The notes beneath the pieces were generated by a model. The model saw only the letters and a list, made by a program, of their open reading frames with translations. It did not search any database and was not told where the DNA came from. DNA of 63,045 bases, the filler included, from Octopus bimaculoides (lineage: Eukaryota), in the NCBI RefSeq assembly GCF_001194135.2. It is 7 parts of 6 records of this genome, joined end to end, with 100 filler letters (N's around TTAATTAATTAA, not from the genome) between each part and the next. Parts side by side here need not be neighbours in the genome. Positions count along the whole stretch, not along the records: positions 39,202 to 42,836 come from NC_068987.1; positions 42,937 to 53,435 come from NC_068991.1; 5 more parts are not named here. One strand, written 5' to 3'. The position numbers and the translations under genes were made by a program. Positions within the stretch are counted from its first letter, which is position 1. Each line of letters starts with the position of its first letter. This document shows, piece by piece, positions 39,203 through 51,370 of the stretch.

Positions 39203-39470
39203 CCTTAATGTAGTTCTCGGGGATATTCAGCGTGACACAGTGTGACAAGGCTGACCCTTTGAATTACAAGCACAACAGAAACAGGAAGTAAGAGTGAGTG
39301 AAAGTTGTGGTGAAAGACTACAGCAGGGTTCGCCACCATCCCCTGCCGGAGCCTCGTGGAGCTTTAGGTGTTTTCGCTCAATAAACACTCACAACGCTCG
39401 GTCTGGGAATCGAAACCGCGATCCTATGACCGCGAGTCCGCTGCCCTAACCACTGGGCCATTGCGCCTCC
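39203..39470 (-). mobile_element. SINE family B, 5' part, abutting a mariner remnant
   Basis: gggaatcgaaaccgcgatcctatgaccgcgagtccgctgccctaaccactgggccattgcgcct is a reverse-strand tRNA-like head; the body matches 8309-8679. Confidence 0.85.
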
Positions 39471-39471
39471 C

Positions 39472-39821
39472 CTAAATGACGAGTATCTGTGTAACCAACT
39501 ATTTGACAGAGATAGGCATCAAAACTGTCCCTCAATCTTCCTACAGCCCAGACATTGCTCCCTGTGACTTTTGATTGTTCCCCAGGCTGAAGGAGAACCT
39601 CAGAGGCAGTTGTTTTGAAGATGAAAGAGGTTGTGATAAGGGTCCTGGACATCTTCCCTTTGGAGGGCTTCCACGGAGCCTTCACGGAGTGACTGGAGCG
39701 CTACAAGAAGAGCATTGAAATCAGAGGATTTTATTCTGAAGGAGATTAAAGTAATCTACTTCTTCGCCATGAATAAATATTTCCCCCTGAAAAAATCTGA
39801 AAATTTCTGGAATGCACTTTG
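39472..39821 (+). mobile_element. Mariner (DD34D-type) transposase C-terminus and 3' TIR
   Basis: VTNYLTEIGIKTVPQSSYSPDIAPCDF*LFPRLKENLRGSCFED..KEVVIRVLDIFPLEGFHGAFTE*LERYKKSIEIRGFYSEGD* (YSPDLAPCD motif). The end aatctgaaaatttctggaatgcactttg is followed by TA at 39822-39823. Confidence 0.85.
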
Positions 39822-40516
39822 TATGCGTGTATATGTGTATATATGAGTGTATGTGTGCTTTGGTGTGTGTGTTCCTGCTTCCTTGTCTTGACTTAGCGCG
39901 CTTATTGTAAACGGATGTCACTCTCATACAAGTGTTATAGTTCATTTACTGTCTTTGGTGAAATTATCACTAGTCATTGTGCCATTCTTGTTTGAAAGAC
40001 CAAGAATATTTTCTACTTGGAAACAGGTGAGTGCTGGGGGGGCAGGAAGCGCATCCAACCGTGGAGAGTCTGATCCAACGAATTTTATCTGACCTGCGAG
40101 ACCTCATGTTGTTGTTATAATTATCTTATCATCTAGGAATGTCGCCACCGCTTTTCGTTTTTGATAAATTTGTCTAAGCATATTAACTTCGTACGCTTGT
40201 GTTAAAATACAGTGTTTGATGCTCACATTCCATGTCTTTATACAACTTTTGAAAGAGATGATTGTTTCTTCAGGATACAGCTTTAATAAAGTTGACCACT
40301 TTAATATTCACGACATATAATTCAATAGGAAGAGTTCTGGGTGCAAGTGTTTTACGATGAAGGATGAAGAGTGTATTTTCGACTTTACAGACCTCTACAA
40401 ACGAGTCTCAGGCAAACTAATTTTCCTGAAAAAGAATTGTAACTGCCTGAAAAATTTGTAAAACGCTCTACGGAATTACAAAATTGTCTTTCAGCTTTAT
40501 GACTATTGTCTAGTGA

Positions 40517-40832
40517 AGGCGCGTGGCTTAGTGGTTAGGGGTATTCAGCTCACGCTTGTAAGGTCGTCGGTTTGATACCTGGTGACACTTTTTGTCCTTG
40601 AGCAAGACACTTTATTTCTCGTTGCTCCAGTCCACTCAGCTGGCAAAATTTCCTGTATTTCCAAGGGCCAGCCTGGTCACATTCTGTGTCACGCTGAATC
40701 TGCCCGAGACTACGTTAAGGGTAGGCGTGTCTGTGAAACGCTCAGCTACTTGCACGTTAACTTTACGAGTAAGCTGTTCCGTTGATCGAATCGGCTGGAA
40801 CCCTAGTCGTCGTAACCGACGGTGTACCAGTT
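40517..40832 (+). mobile_element. tRNA-derived SINE family B, near full length
   Basis: A-box tggcttagtgg, B-box-like ggtttgatacc, CORE-like tgtccttgagcaagacacttta, tail gttccgttgatcgaatcggctggaaccctagtcgtcgtaaccgacgg. Confidence 0.85.
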
Positions 40833-40852
40833 GGCCTATTGCCTAAAACGAA

Positions 40853-41150
40853 CAGATTATTAGCTTCGAGCTCTGGGTGATATCAATGGTTTCATACAGT
40901 TGAATGGCAAACACAGGAGCAACTCTTACTTGATCAAGAACTTCCTTTCTGATGTCTAGAAACATTTCGACAATCCTGTCCTGACTCGTGTTGTTTGACA
41001 AAGTAATGTGCGAAAGCGTATTTGCACAATCCTAACCAAGAACTAGTTCCGATACTTGCAATAAACTCGGCTAGATGAGAGTTACTCCTGTATCATGACT
41101 TTCATTAGGGTTCATTGCAATCAACAAGGTCAGTTCATATTATACTTCGA
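40853..41150 (-). pseudogene. hAT (Buster/Charlie-type) transposase remnant
   Basis: LIAMNPNESHDTGVTLI*PSLLQVSELVLG*DCANTLSHITLSNNTSQDRIVEMFLDIRKEVLDQVRVAPVFAIQLYETIDITQSSKLIIC matches the LSNNT..RI..M..DI...FA(L/I)QLDESTD pattern. Confidence 0.8.
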
Positions 41151-41154
41151 CAAA

Positions 41155-41300
41155 GGCAGTGAGCTGGTAAAATCGCCAGAGTGCCGGGAAAATGCTTTGC
41201 TGTATTTTTTCCGGCTCTTTACATTCTAAGTTCAGATCTAGTTGAGGTCAAATTTGCCTTTCATCTCCAGGGGTTGATGGCGGGGGAATAAAATTAAGCA
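41155..41300 (+). mobile_element. SINE family A, partial
   Basis: aaggcagtgagctggtaaaatcg..aaatgctttgctg..ttctaagttcagatc..gaggtcaaatttgcctttcatc. Confidence 0.65.
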
Positions 41301-42480
41301 TTGTCGTGGTGATTCGAAACCTAACCTCTAGTTAACCGGTCGGACGCCATGGGCGAACCTCTATAGTTTCACGTGATCGGTCTATTAAGCAACTAATCAG
41401 CGTGAAGATGTCGTTTTCTAGAATGTTCTTCTTGTACCCTATAAAAAGCAGTTTTGGTGCCTGAAGTATTTGCAGAGTGTTGAAAGGCGTTTGAGCGATA
41501 TGCTCTTCTACTCTTTCCATCTGAGGGTTCCAGACATTTTTGCAGAAGGCCAACGCAGACGGCCTAAGACAGATAACTAAGGATCTCTGTTGCCACGGAG
41601 ATTTGCATCGTGTAATTCGTATATTTTGAGCCGACTGCATATTACCACATTCTGTAACTTCAGAGCGATTGTCTCTCTCTCACAGTACGTAATTATTAAT
41701 ATTATTAATTGTAAATGGCTAACAACAAATACCCTTGTGTCTGATAAATAAATATTTAAGTTAAATGTTCGTAGGTTTTGCTTTTGTTATTATTCACGCA
41801 GCCAACGAAATATATTTCCATTTTACCAACTCCAAACAACAAATGTGACGTTATCAGTCAAGTGGTGGAATCGCTGTATTGACTAACCTCCTTCCCGCAA
41901 TATTTAAGACTCTGTGCTTATACAAGAAACAATACTGCAACAACTTTTGATGAAATAATCAACTTCTGTCCATCTCAGTAATGTCAAAATGAAGGAATTT
42001 TCGATTTAAAGAATTCATTAGTTTTACCAGGATGTCAGCTGACGTTCTGAGTGAATGGAGCCGCATTACATCATTGCTCAAAGTCTTATGAATTATTACG
42101 CATCGGAGTGTTTCTATATCAGGTTTCTAGTGCAACACAAATACAAACCGAATATAATTTTCTAGATAATGTCTTTCATTTGCACTTGTTTAGATTAATT
42201 TTTTTTATAAAATTGGTACTGAAAACCTGGGGAAAAGGTTATGGGTGAACATACAGAATAAATAAAATTTTGAAACACATACCACAAAAAATAATTATGC
42301 ATGACTAAATACGACTTAAACTATATAGATTATTAAACACAAGATTAAAGTAGGCTAGAGGACTGAATGCCAGAATTATGCTGTTTTAAAAATACATAAC
42401 ACTAAAAATGTAAACTTCATCTCATTTAGTCGCTCTTAATTCCAAAATCGAAAAGTTCTATTCAATATAGAGATGAGATT

Positions 42481-42660
42481 AAAGCGGCGAGCTGGCAGAA
42501 TCGTTACCGTGCCGGGAGAAATGCTCAGCAGCATTTCGTCCGTCTTTATGTTCCGTCGAGGTCGATAAAATAAATACTAGTTGAGCACTGGTATCCATTT
42601 AATGTATTCACTCCTCCTCCGAAATTGCTGGCCTTGTGCTAAAATTTGAAACCAATAAAT
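42481..42660 (+). mobile_element. SINE family A with an 8-bp TSD
   Basis: aaagcggcgagctggcagaatcgttacc..ggccttgtgctaaaatttgaaacc, flanked by atgagatt at 42473-42480 and 42663-42670. Confidence 0.75.
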
Positions 42661-43213
42661 AAATGAGATTTACAGAGCGTAATTTTTTTTTTTTTATGCA
42701 CATTATAACGTGAATGAATACGGACGATCGTGCAACATTGTTCCCCTTAATTACTTTGGTGTCATCGGTATCTTGAGGGCTTATTCTTGTGTTTCATGGA
42801 TTGAACATAATCAAGTTTCGTGGTAATAAGTCATTTNNNNNNNNNNNNNNNNNNNNNNNNNNNNNNNNNNNNNNNNNNNNTTAATTAATTAANNNNNNNN
42901 NNNNNNNNNNNNNNNNNNNNNNNNNNNNNNNNNNNNGGCATCTGAAGCCTCGGGAAATGCTTGTCAAAAGAACAAGACAAGCGTTCCAAAATTATGTTTC
43001 TCGACATTTTTCAAATGTCAAGAAGGAAATTTTTGTATTTTGCTAGGGCCGAAACTGCCCCTGGGGGTCAATTCCTGCCCTTGAAAATACACACAAATGA
43101 AGCCTAGGTGCTTCGCAACAAAATTATTAAAAAAATTCCAACAAAATGTGGACAGTAAAAGGTCAAATAAACGTTTACCTTCGCAGCCGATGTGACAGCA
43201 CGTCCGTGAGAAG

Positions 43214-43252
<39 letters not shown>

Positions 43253-43623
43253 AAGAATAAAATGATATAATGTAAAATAACTTCAGGCCTTAGAACTTTT
43301 TGGTACAATTTCTATGAATTCTTTTCTGCAGAATTTCGTTTTTTAACAACCGAAAAAAGTTCAACACTCGAAATAATTATTGAGAAACGTCACGAGCTTT
43401 TAGCATATAGAGATTGACGTTCTAGCTTTAGGATTGTATGAGGATAGTAGTTTGAATTCATTAAATATTATTTTCGGTGTATATGATTTTGCTAGTACGC
43501 AGACATTGTTCATGTATCTGTTGACTGTATTCGGAGTTCGTCAACCATATCTTTGCTTCCTAGGCATTCTATCGTCATCAAGATTTGCAACATATTCGTA
43601 CAAGCATTGTAATTCGTTTACTA

Positions 43624-43679
<56 letters not shown>

Positions 43680-43769
43680 TGTGTGTGTGCATATGTGTAT
43701 ATGCACATATAGATTCATTATACGTATATGAACAAGTGTACATAGGTATATATATATATACATATATAT

Positions 43770-43805
<36 letters not shown>

Positions 43806-43854
43806 TGCAATTTAGACTTAGGGTCCTTGGTTGTCTCTGCATCTGTAATATTAG

Positions 43855-44132
43855 CGATGATAAGGAGAATGAAGTGGAGGGAGATGGGGAATAGGAGGGG
43901 GGAGGAATAGGAGGGGGAAGTAATAGGAGGGGGAAGTAATAGGATGAGGAAGGAATAGGAGGGAGAAGGAATAGGAGGGAGAAGGAATAGGAGGAATGGA
44001 GGATGAAGAGGAGGAGGAAAGGCGGGGGAGAGGAGGAATATGATGGGGCGGAAGAGGAATATGAAGGGGAGAAGAGGAAAAGAGGAGGAGAAGAAGCAGA
44101 AAAAGAGAAAGAAGAAGTGGGAGAAGAAGAAG

Positions 44133-44163
<31 letters not shown>

Positions 44164-44165
44164 TG
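43855..44165. repeat. Purine-rich low-complexity tract
   Basis: Repeated aataggagggggaag(t) units grading into (GAA)n. Confidence 0.9.
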
Positions 44166-45319
44166 TAATACCGCCTTATTGAGCACATTACGATACCTCA
44201 ATGACACTTCCCTTTCGTTGATGTTTAACATCTGATTAAACCCAATCGTAAAGCCTTATAACCAAAAGCATTTCAAACATGATCATTCCGACTTTTCATT
44301 TGTTAAGGGACCCAAGTCCACATTATCCAATGTTTCGTTTTCTAAGATTTTGTCGAGCTATCTCAGATAAACATGGCCACTATTCCTAGTAGATCGACTA
44401 TGTAGTGGTTTCCTATTTCGTGCGTGTTATTCAATTTAGTTATAAAACTTGTAAAAACAACAATCAAAGCCTCCACAAATGCAAGTTTACTCTCCTAGAA
44501 GAGAAGCACGCTAATGGATAACTGAACCGGGGTTCTCCATGACTGCAAAATACATGGGTTATCACGGTTCAAATGACATTAACATAAGTAAACTCGATCA
44601 GAGACAACTTTATATCAAACATCGTAAACACTATAGAGTCGAAATTCATCATACATTCATCCTGGCTTGATGGTATGCTACCGGCGTTAACTTTGCCTTT
44701 CGTCACTCCTGGAACAATTAAAGTATTAACATCGATTAAATCGTCTAATCCTGCCTGCAAAACGTTTGGTCTTGTGCCAGTTATAGAAATTATTTTATCA
44801 TTGCCATAGTTTTTCTTAAGGAACTATAGATAATCTTTAGAGCGGCGGAGAAAATAATTCTTTGTGGTATTTAGTTAAAGCTCTTTGTATACTGATTTCA
44901 AATCTGATCGATATCAAAATTAGCCTTTTATCTTTTCGGGAGTCGATAAAACAAAGAATCACTCAACAACTGCGGTCGATTTAGTTTACTAACTCCTCAC
45001 CATTTCTGTTAGAAATAATTATTATGATCAGTATTCGCTGTTATCGAACGAGCAGACTACAATACATAATTTACGTTCAATAATTTAATTGTAGCAATGT
45101 AAAAGACGATTTTCCAGAAAATTGCTAACACTCTGGGGCGTTAAATTTAACTGAAACTAAAGAAAAACAATTAAAATATCAATATTCCATATTTACTTTA
45201 TTACGTTGTTTTAATTCAATACAATTATAGACAATTTTTATCAGCAGAATAATAGTTTTCAAAGAGATAGTCACTGTGATATAATCCGGAATTTTCTACA
45301 AATTTTCTACAAATCGATG

Positions 45320-45884
45320 CCACGTGAAAGTTGTGTTGGACGATCACTACTGCAGCGTAAACGATGCTAGTTGGAATTTAGAAGGTTGTGGCCCTCCACG
45401 AAGCTAGTTATCCTTGATCTCATCACCCTTTCAAACACATTGATGATATGGGAGGTGAGTGAGACTGGGCGATAGTTAACTACAAGAGACTTGTTTCTCT
45501 TTTAGACAACCGGGATAAGAACTGTTGAGGTATATAGCACGAAGCTAAAGAATTTCCCCAACGCTTGATTAGGAAGGCTGCAACTTGGTGCCTGAATCCC
45601 TTCAGGATACTAATGAGGAATCTATCAGGGCCTAATGAAGAATGATACTTGATTCCATTGCTGTCAGGATGTCTGATGCAATAAAAGCTATGTTCAGGTT
45701 ATATGTTGACGATTATGTTCGTTCAGATCCCTTGCGTTAATATTAGTGGGGTCACTACAGACAGAGCAATTGCGGTTCTGCAGCACCCCTGCCATTTCAT
45801 TAGCGTCGTGTATAAGACTGCTGTTTTCTTCTATCAGTGAGACAGCGGTCCCCTGCCTTTTGGAATATGAATGAAACACTTTTG
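45320..45884 (-). pseudogene. CR1/L2/Jockey-group LINE reverse transcriptase fragment
   Basis: KSLVVNYRPVSLTSHIINVFERVMRSRITSFVEGHNLLNSN*HRLR..TQL (NYRP.SLTS and Q.GFR motifs), preceded by F.SYSKRQG..EMAGVLQ. Contains stops and frameshifts. Confidence 0.8.
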
Positions 45885-45975
45885 AGTTCTATATTTAAGA
45901 GATGAGGAATTATGTACCTTATTTACATTATTTTCTACATTTGACGGATATTTTGTCCTCATCTTGTTTGTTGTT

Positions 45976-46021
45976 AACACAACGTTTCGGCTGATATACC
46001 CCCCAGCCTTCATCGGATGTC
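45976..46021 (-). ncRNA. Minimal type I hammerhead motif in the inverted arm (U4 to C variant)
   Basis: Reverse strand gacat-CCGATGAA-ggctg-ggggtatat-cagcc-GAAACGT-T-gtgtt. Confidence 0.5.
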
Positions 46022-46113
46022 TTGGGGAAATTTCGAACCCACGGGCATATGGCGTAGTGGTTAAGAGCGCGAGCTACTAACTCCAAGATTTCAAGTTCGA
46101 TTTCAGGCAGCAA

Positions 46114-46148
<35 letters not shown>

Positions 46149-46188
46149 TCGAAAATGGAATGAGAACCCAGGTTCGAAATTTCCCCAA

Positions 46189-46234
46189 AACACTTGATGA
46201 AGGCTGGAAGGTATATCAGCCGAAACGTTGTGTT
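46189..46234 (+). ncRNA. Minimal type I hammerhead ribozyme motif (C3 to U variant)
   Basis: aacac-TTGATGAA-ggctg-gaaggtatat-cagcc-GAAACGT-T-gtgtt: stem I aacac/gtgtt, stem II ggctg/cagcc, palindromic ACGT stem III. Confidence 0.65.
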
Positions 46235-47947
46235 AACAACAAACAAGATGAGGACAAATATCCGTCAATGTAAATAATNNNNNNNNNNNNNNNNNNNNNN
46301 NTTTTTTTTTTTTTTTTTTTTCATTACCCAGTTTTCTTCTATAACTGATTGGCGGTGTAGGTTTTCATGCTGATTTACAAATGGTGTTTTTCCGTTTTCC
46401 CAACTCGAACCTTCTTGAGAATGTTGTTGGTGGTAGCATTTTAACTGATTGAATTTTTTATGAAGTCTTTTAATCATTCTCCCCCCCCCCTTTCTCTCTC
46501 ACAGTAGCCTATTTCTATTAGTGCTTGTGGGTTTGTAGAAGCGTGTTTGAACATGTGTAACTAACAGTATTCTCAAAGTTCTGCCATGTTGTTTCAGTAT
46601 GAAAGGAACTGTGAGTGAATGACCATTCGATAAGTGATAGATCTTTTCTTATTGCTCCCCAGGCTTATCGAATGTGTTCTTCCATTTTTAACATAGTGTG
46701 CAATTTGACAGAGATTTGGTTGTCACTTTTAAAAGAAGCTCATCCGTTACCTCACATAAAGTATAGTAGAGATGTGATACACAGAGCTGCACTAGAAGTT
46801 ACGAGAAAACCCGTAGAATAATTATTTTTCCTTAAGGAAATCTTTTCTAAGAATGCGATGTTTAGCACTTGACAACACTTCCAGTAATCTCTCTTATTTT
46901 ATATTGTTGTAACAACAAATTATTTATTTACAGCAGTTGCTAGAGGCCGAATCGATTATGTGAATAATACTACGTTGTGTCCACAGCCAAGATATTTTAT
47001 TTCTTAATCACCCCATTTTGCTGTAAATCGCTAAAGTTATTGCTGCTGAAGCGAGAGCTCTTCATAAATAACGAGTGTTATGTTAGTTTACAATGATGCA
47101 TTCAATTTCAGGTTTGTATTCGCTAAAGTCAATGAGAAGCTGTATCGTTAGAATCATCCGCTGCTAAGGATACGGCCTAATTCATCATTATGTTTTTGTG
47201 AGTTGATTAAGTGTACCACTGTAATAATAGTAAACTGGAGTGTTGAATAATAGCGAAAACGTGAATATTTTAATGTTCAAATAATCACCACGATATGAAT
47301 ATTTTGCTGGATTAAGAGGAATTCCGTGACGAAAATTAATGATTATTTTACAAATTTTAGCCTCAAACTAAATTAAGAGTGAAGAAGTTATGAAATAATT
47401 ATGCCAGTTTAGTTAACTTCATTCGCTGTAATAGTGGTGGTCTTGCAGAACCATTAGAGCGTCACGCAGAATGCTTTATAGCTTTTGTTCCGATTCTTCA
47501 TGCTCTTGGTTCAAACTTGCCTTTCATTCATTTAAGGTCGATAAATCGATAAATCTACAAAAGTGTAAGGATGTGGAAGCAGATTTCTAGCAATGGTTGC
47601 TGCGTTTCTTTGCGTTCTGAGTCCAAATTACGCTATAGTCTATTTCCGTGGTAGACTTTGATGCGTCGGTCGATTTAATACCATCACCTGGCACCTTGGA
47701 TGCCTTTACTGAATCCACTCTGTTGCAAATATTCGAGCCAGCAAGTTTTTCGTTTTGAAGAAAGCTTTCTAAGTTCCGTCCTTACTCCTTTCATAGAAAC
47801 CTTACAACTAGCAGTAGACATTGTCGCCTCTCTTCACGAAAAACAAAAAGCTTCGGCAATTTCCAGTGAAATATTCTACTCGCTGAATTACGTTTGATTT
47901 CAAAAGGAGTCGATTCGTTTCTCTCTGCATTTGTAATTGCACAACAG

Positions 47948-47980
47948 ACTGCTTGATTATTCATCAGTACTTGCAAATGG
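47948..47980 (+). CDS. Candidate 33-nt internal exon of an unidentified gene
   Basis: Pyrimidine-rich acceptor gtttctctctgcatttgtaattgcacaacAG and donor GTaaga; open as phase 1-1 (CLIIHQYLQM). Confidence 0.25.
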
Positions 47981-48329
47981 GTAAGAAACAGTATGAATTA
48001 AGGGTATTTTCTTACGTATTAAAATACTCTAGATTGATATGCAGATAGTAGAAAAGAAATGCGTATGGAAGGAAACCAAAAAATGTATTGCAGTTCCCAT
48101 TCACTGTTCGAATTACAATTTCCCGCATGTTGCTAAGAACTTTAAGAAATGCATGACCTTGCCAATTGATATGTTATTTATGGCTAGTTTGAAACGAATG
48201 CAATGTAATTATTCTGCATGAGTGAATTACTTATGGCAATGACTAAGCAATCATTTTTTGATGTCTCTACGATCAAGTTTCAGTAATTAGTTACAGATAA
48301 ATGTCTTTATTCATCCTATTCTTCAACAG

Positions 48330-48365
48330 AAGTCGATGCCATATCCAGCATGCAGTCAAACTTTG
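48330..48365 (+). CDS. Candidate 36-nt internal exon of an unidentified gene
   Basis: Acceptor ctttattcatcctattcttcaacAG and donor GTaaat; open as phase 1-1 (VDAISSMQSNF). Confidence 0.3.
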
Positions 48366-48685
48366 GTAAATACCTGGTAATATTGGTTTCTGTTTCGACA
48401 TGATATATTTCCAAAATTCTTTAAAATAATTGTTGAAATTATTTAGCAAGGGACATTTCAGTTGAGTGCGTAGCAGGGACAATCATACAAGATAATTATC
48501 TTCGAATAAGTTTATACGTACAATAAGTAGAAACAGGAATATCAATATATTTTATTCATGGAGCCAAAAAAGTAAACTATAAATCAATATTCGATGAGAA
48601 GGAAACGATATCAGCCAATCACTAATATTATCTTCGTTTTTCTTTTCAGTAAGTGCGTGAAATGATGTTGGATCCGTATCATTTT

Positions 48686-48825
48686 CATTATTTACATTAT
48701 TTACATTTGACGGATATTTGTCCTCATCCGACGGGCATATGGCGTAGCGGTTAAGAGCGCGGGCTACTAACCCCAAGATTCCGAGTTCGATTCCAAGCAG
48801 TGATCTGAACAATAACAACAACAAC

Positions 48826-48857
<32 letters not shown>

Positions 48858-49036
48858 TATTAAAAAATACCTTAGGAATGAGAACCCAGGTTCTAAATTT
48901 CCCCAAGACACCTGATGGAGGCTGGAGGGTATATCAGCCGAAACGTTGTGTTAACAACAAGATGAGGACAAATATCTGTCAATTGTAAATAATGTAAATA
49001 ATGCACATAATTCCTCATCTCTTAAATATAGAACTG
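48686..49036 (+). mobile_element. tRNA-headed, hammerhead-bearing SINE-like element, copy 2, with a 43-bp inverted tail copy at its 5' end
   Basis: Head acgggcatatggcgtagcggttaagagcgcgggctactaaccccaagattccgagttcgattcc, (AAC/AAT)n, tail ending cataattcctcatctcttaaatatagaactg. 48686-48728 is the reverse complement of gatgaggacaaatatctgtcaattgtaaataatgtaaataatg. Confidence 0.85.
48907..48952 (+). ncRNA. Minimal type I hammerhead ribozyme motif (one core A to G change)
   Basis: gacac-CTGATGGA-ggctg-gagggtatat-cagcc-GAAACGT-T-gtgtt. Confidence 0.65.
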
Positions 49037-51326
49037 TACGTATCATAATTTATTCTGATCTCATCGAAACAGATTCCACCAACCTAGGTAAAGTACCCAT
49101 GATGAATGATGAATTAAATATATGTAATTTTAAATTTGTTGAGATAGCGATATGGAACTAATTAGAAATAAAATGATTGAAAGGTAACATCTACAGAATG
49201 ACAGGTTGCTGTAGTCCCATCCAGTCTATTATTTTAACGATTTTCTATTTCATAAGCTAAATCACCCATGAAAGGATCTTACTGATTATATTGGTACATT
49301 ACATCACATCTGTATAGTTATTTCTATTGCATGGACAGGTTCAGTTTGAAATAGATGTATCAACCATGAATGCTGCGAATATTTTTAGTGCTATGCGAAC
49401 TATAAATCCTTTTGGAGGCAGCCCTACAATTTATTGGATAATCCAGTTGAGACCGTCAATTTAATAAAATGCATTTCATGTGAAAGGCTTATTTAAATCC
49501 CTCCTCTTTTCCAAACACTCATTAAATTTACTTTGCTTTCATTTTCTGACATATTTGCTATATATTTCATTATGTTTGAAAACATGCAATCATTTATTGA
49601 ACTCAGTAAAAAAAACAAAAACAACAAAATTCTATTGAGGTATGAGATAAGAAATCGAATTTCCAAATAATATATTTTTAAGAGGAATAAAATTCTGATA
49701 TAATTTTAAACAATACAATATCTGAAGTGTTGTTCGCTTTCAAAAATGTTTTTCAAAAAAGTATTACATCTTGAAGACTTTCTGCAATAACTGCTATTTA
49801 AGTAGATAAATAATTGATTTGAATTTTTTTAATATATATTTTACTTTTATTCTTTTGGCTGTGGTTAGTGAGAACGTGAGCAAAATATATGAAAACTAGC
49901 TCTCAGAATGTAAATCCAAATCTATCAATTCTAGCTTTCTTCCTTTCTGTTGTGATTCTTTGTTTGTTTATTGAGGTAAATATTGAAGGAAAGAAAAGGA
50001 ACGCTTGAATTAGCATGGCTTATGCAAAAGGAAGAACAGATTTCGTTTTAATTTTTTCAGAATTTGTTCCAATCTCATCAGGTCACCTGAATCTAAAATA
50101 AGTATCTTAAGTATTAAAATTATGATGATAGCAATAACAGTAAGTCGCTGACATCACAACCATGTGGTTATGAGTTCGATATCACGGTACCACACTTACT
50201 GAAATGCTTTAAAATGTCTAGTTTCCAGCCTATTCGTTTAGAATCAAGACTGTAATGAACCCACTTCACATTTTATTTCGTTTACAACCACTAACATAAA
50301 TTACGGATAATATACTGGAATCGTTGGAGCTAGTAGCTTGGGAAAACAAGCTTTGTGTCTCTGGTCATGTTCCATGGCTACCATAATTAGTAGTGTAACG
50401 AAATTATGTGGTAGCACAGACAACTTGGTTTTCAAACAGGAATTCAAAGACAAGTTTCGAATTTTTTTGCCAAGGCTCACTTTTAAATGCAAACTCGTCA
50501 CTTGAAGCCAACCGAACAATTGTCAAATTTACAGTACTGCCGATGCTTTCAGATCTAAAGGAAATTTAACCGTTATGTATTAGGGAGTTCCGTAGATTGC
50601 GATTTACCATGCAGATCCACACGTATGTGAAAGAATGGACAGAAATTTATTCAACTTTTGGGACATTTTACATTTACTACTTACTCTCTAGTTTCCTCAC
50701 GCTCTTTTGTTTGACTAAGAAATTCTATTCTCTCTTGACAGCAAGAAAATTCGTTCTCGTTTCGCTATTGTGCAAGTCACCATAACTTGCAACATTCTTC
50801 CTTTATGTAATCACGATTCTTATCCAAACAAGGATAACATAACATGAAGAATTTCATTGGTGAAAGACCATGGTTCGGAAACATTGTTGTTGTTACTGTT
50901 GTTACTGGTGATTGGGTTGGTTAAACCCAGATTTGCTTTGACTGACCAGATCGTTTACCAAAGACATTCCAGGCGTGACCATCATGTCTGTACCCATATT
51001 CAAAGAATTCGTGACAAAATTATGTAACATTGTGCCCTTTTTAAGGCGCTACGGTGTAATTTGAAAGAATTTTGGCTGCTCTTTCTAGCAGGTTGAGCAA
51101 CTATGTAGATACTCCTTTGTTATTTCTTAAATATCTCATCGGTTTACGTTTTCTCATAAATTTGAATCTTAATGAGATTTAATTAACAATTAACAACATC
51201 GTATATCTTACGTCTTAAATATATGTTCCAACTCAGGTGTAGCCCTGGAGCAGTTTTATCACACACACATACATTGTCAAAGATATTAAAGTTATGAGCA
51301 TTCCCGTTATTTGCTTATCTTTTCAG

Positions 51327-51370
51327 CTGCCTTAGGTTCGTCCTTCATGTCACAGAAGAAGACCAGATAA
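51327..51370 (+). CDS. Candidate terminal coding exon
   Basis: Strong acceptor ttatttgcttatcttttcAG; phase-1 frame ALGSSFMSQKKTR*; AATAAA at 51593-51598. Confidence 0.25.

Larger units (their letters stand above)
45885..46278 (+). mobile_element. tRNA-headed, hammerhead-bearing SINE-like element, copy 1, with a 155-bp inverted tail copy at its 5' end
   Basis: Head 46041-46117 (A-box tggcgtagtgg, B-box agttcgatttc), (AAT)n, tail to the gap at 46278. 45885-46039 is the reverse complement of the tail. Confidence 0.85.

Noticed and set aside
46041-46117. tRNA-like sequence with a CTACTAA loop (Ser-like), also at 48731, 40517 and 59988
   Set aside because: No acceptor-stem pairing and it continues into a repeat body; these are SINE heads, not tRNA genes.
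50301-50519. Faint similarity to a hAT dimerisation domain (VAMEHDQR)
   Set aside because: Too few matching residues to support a call.
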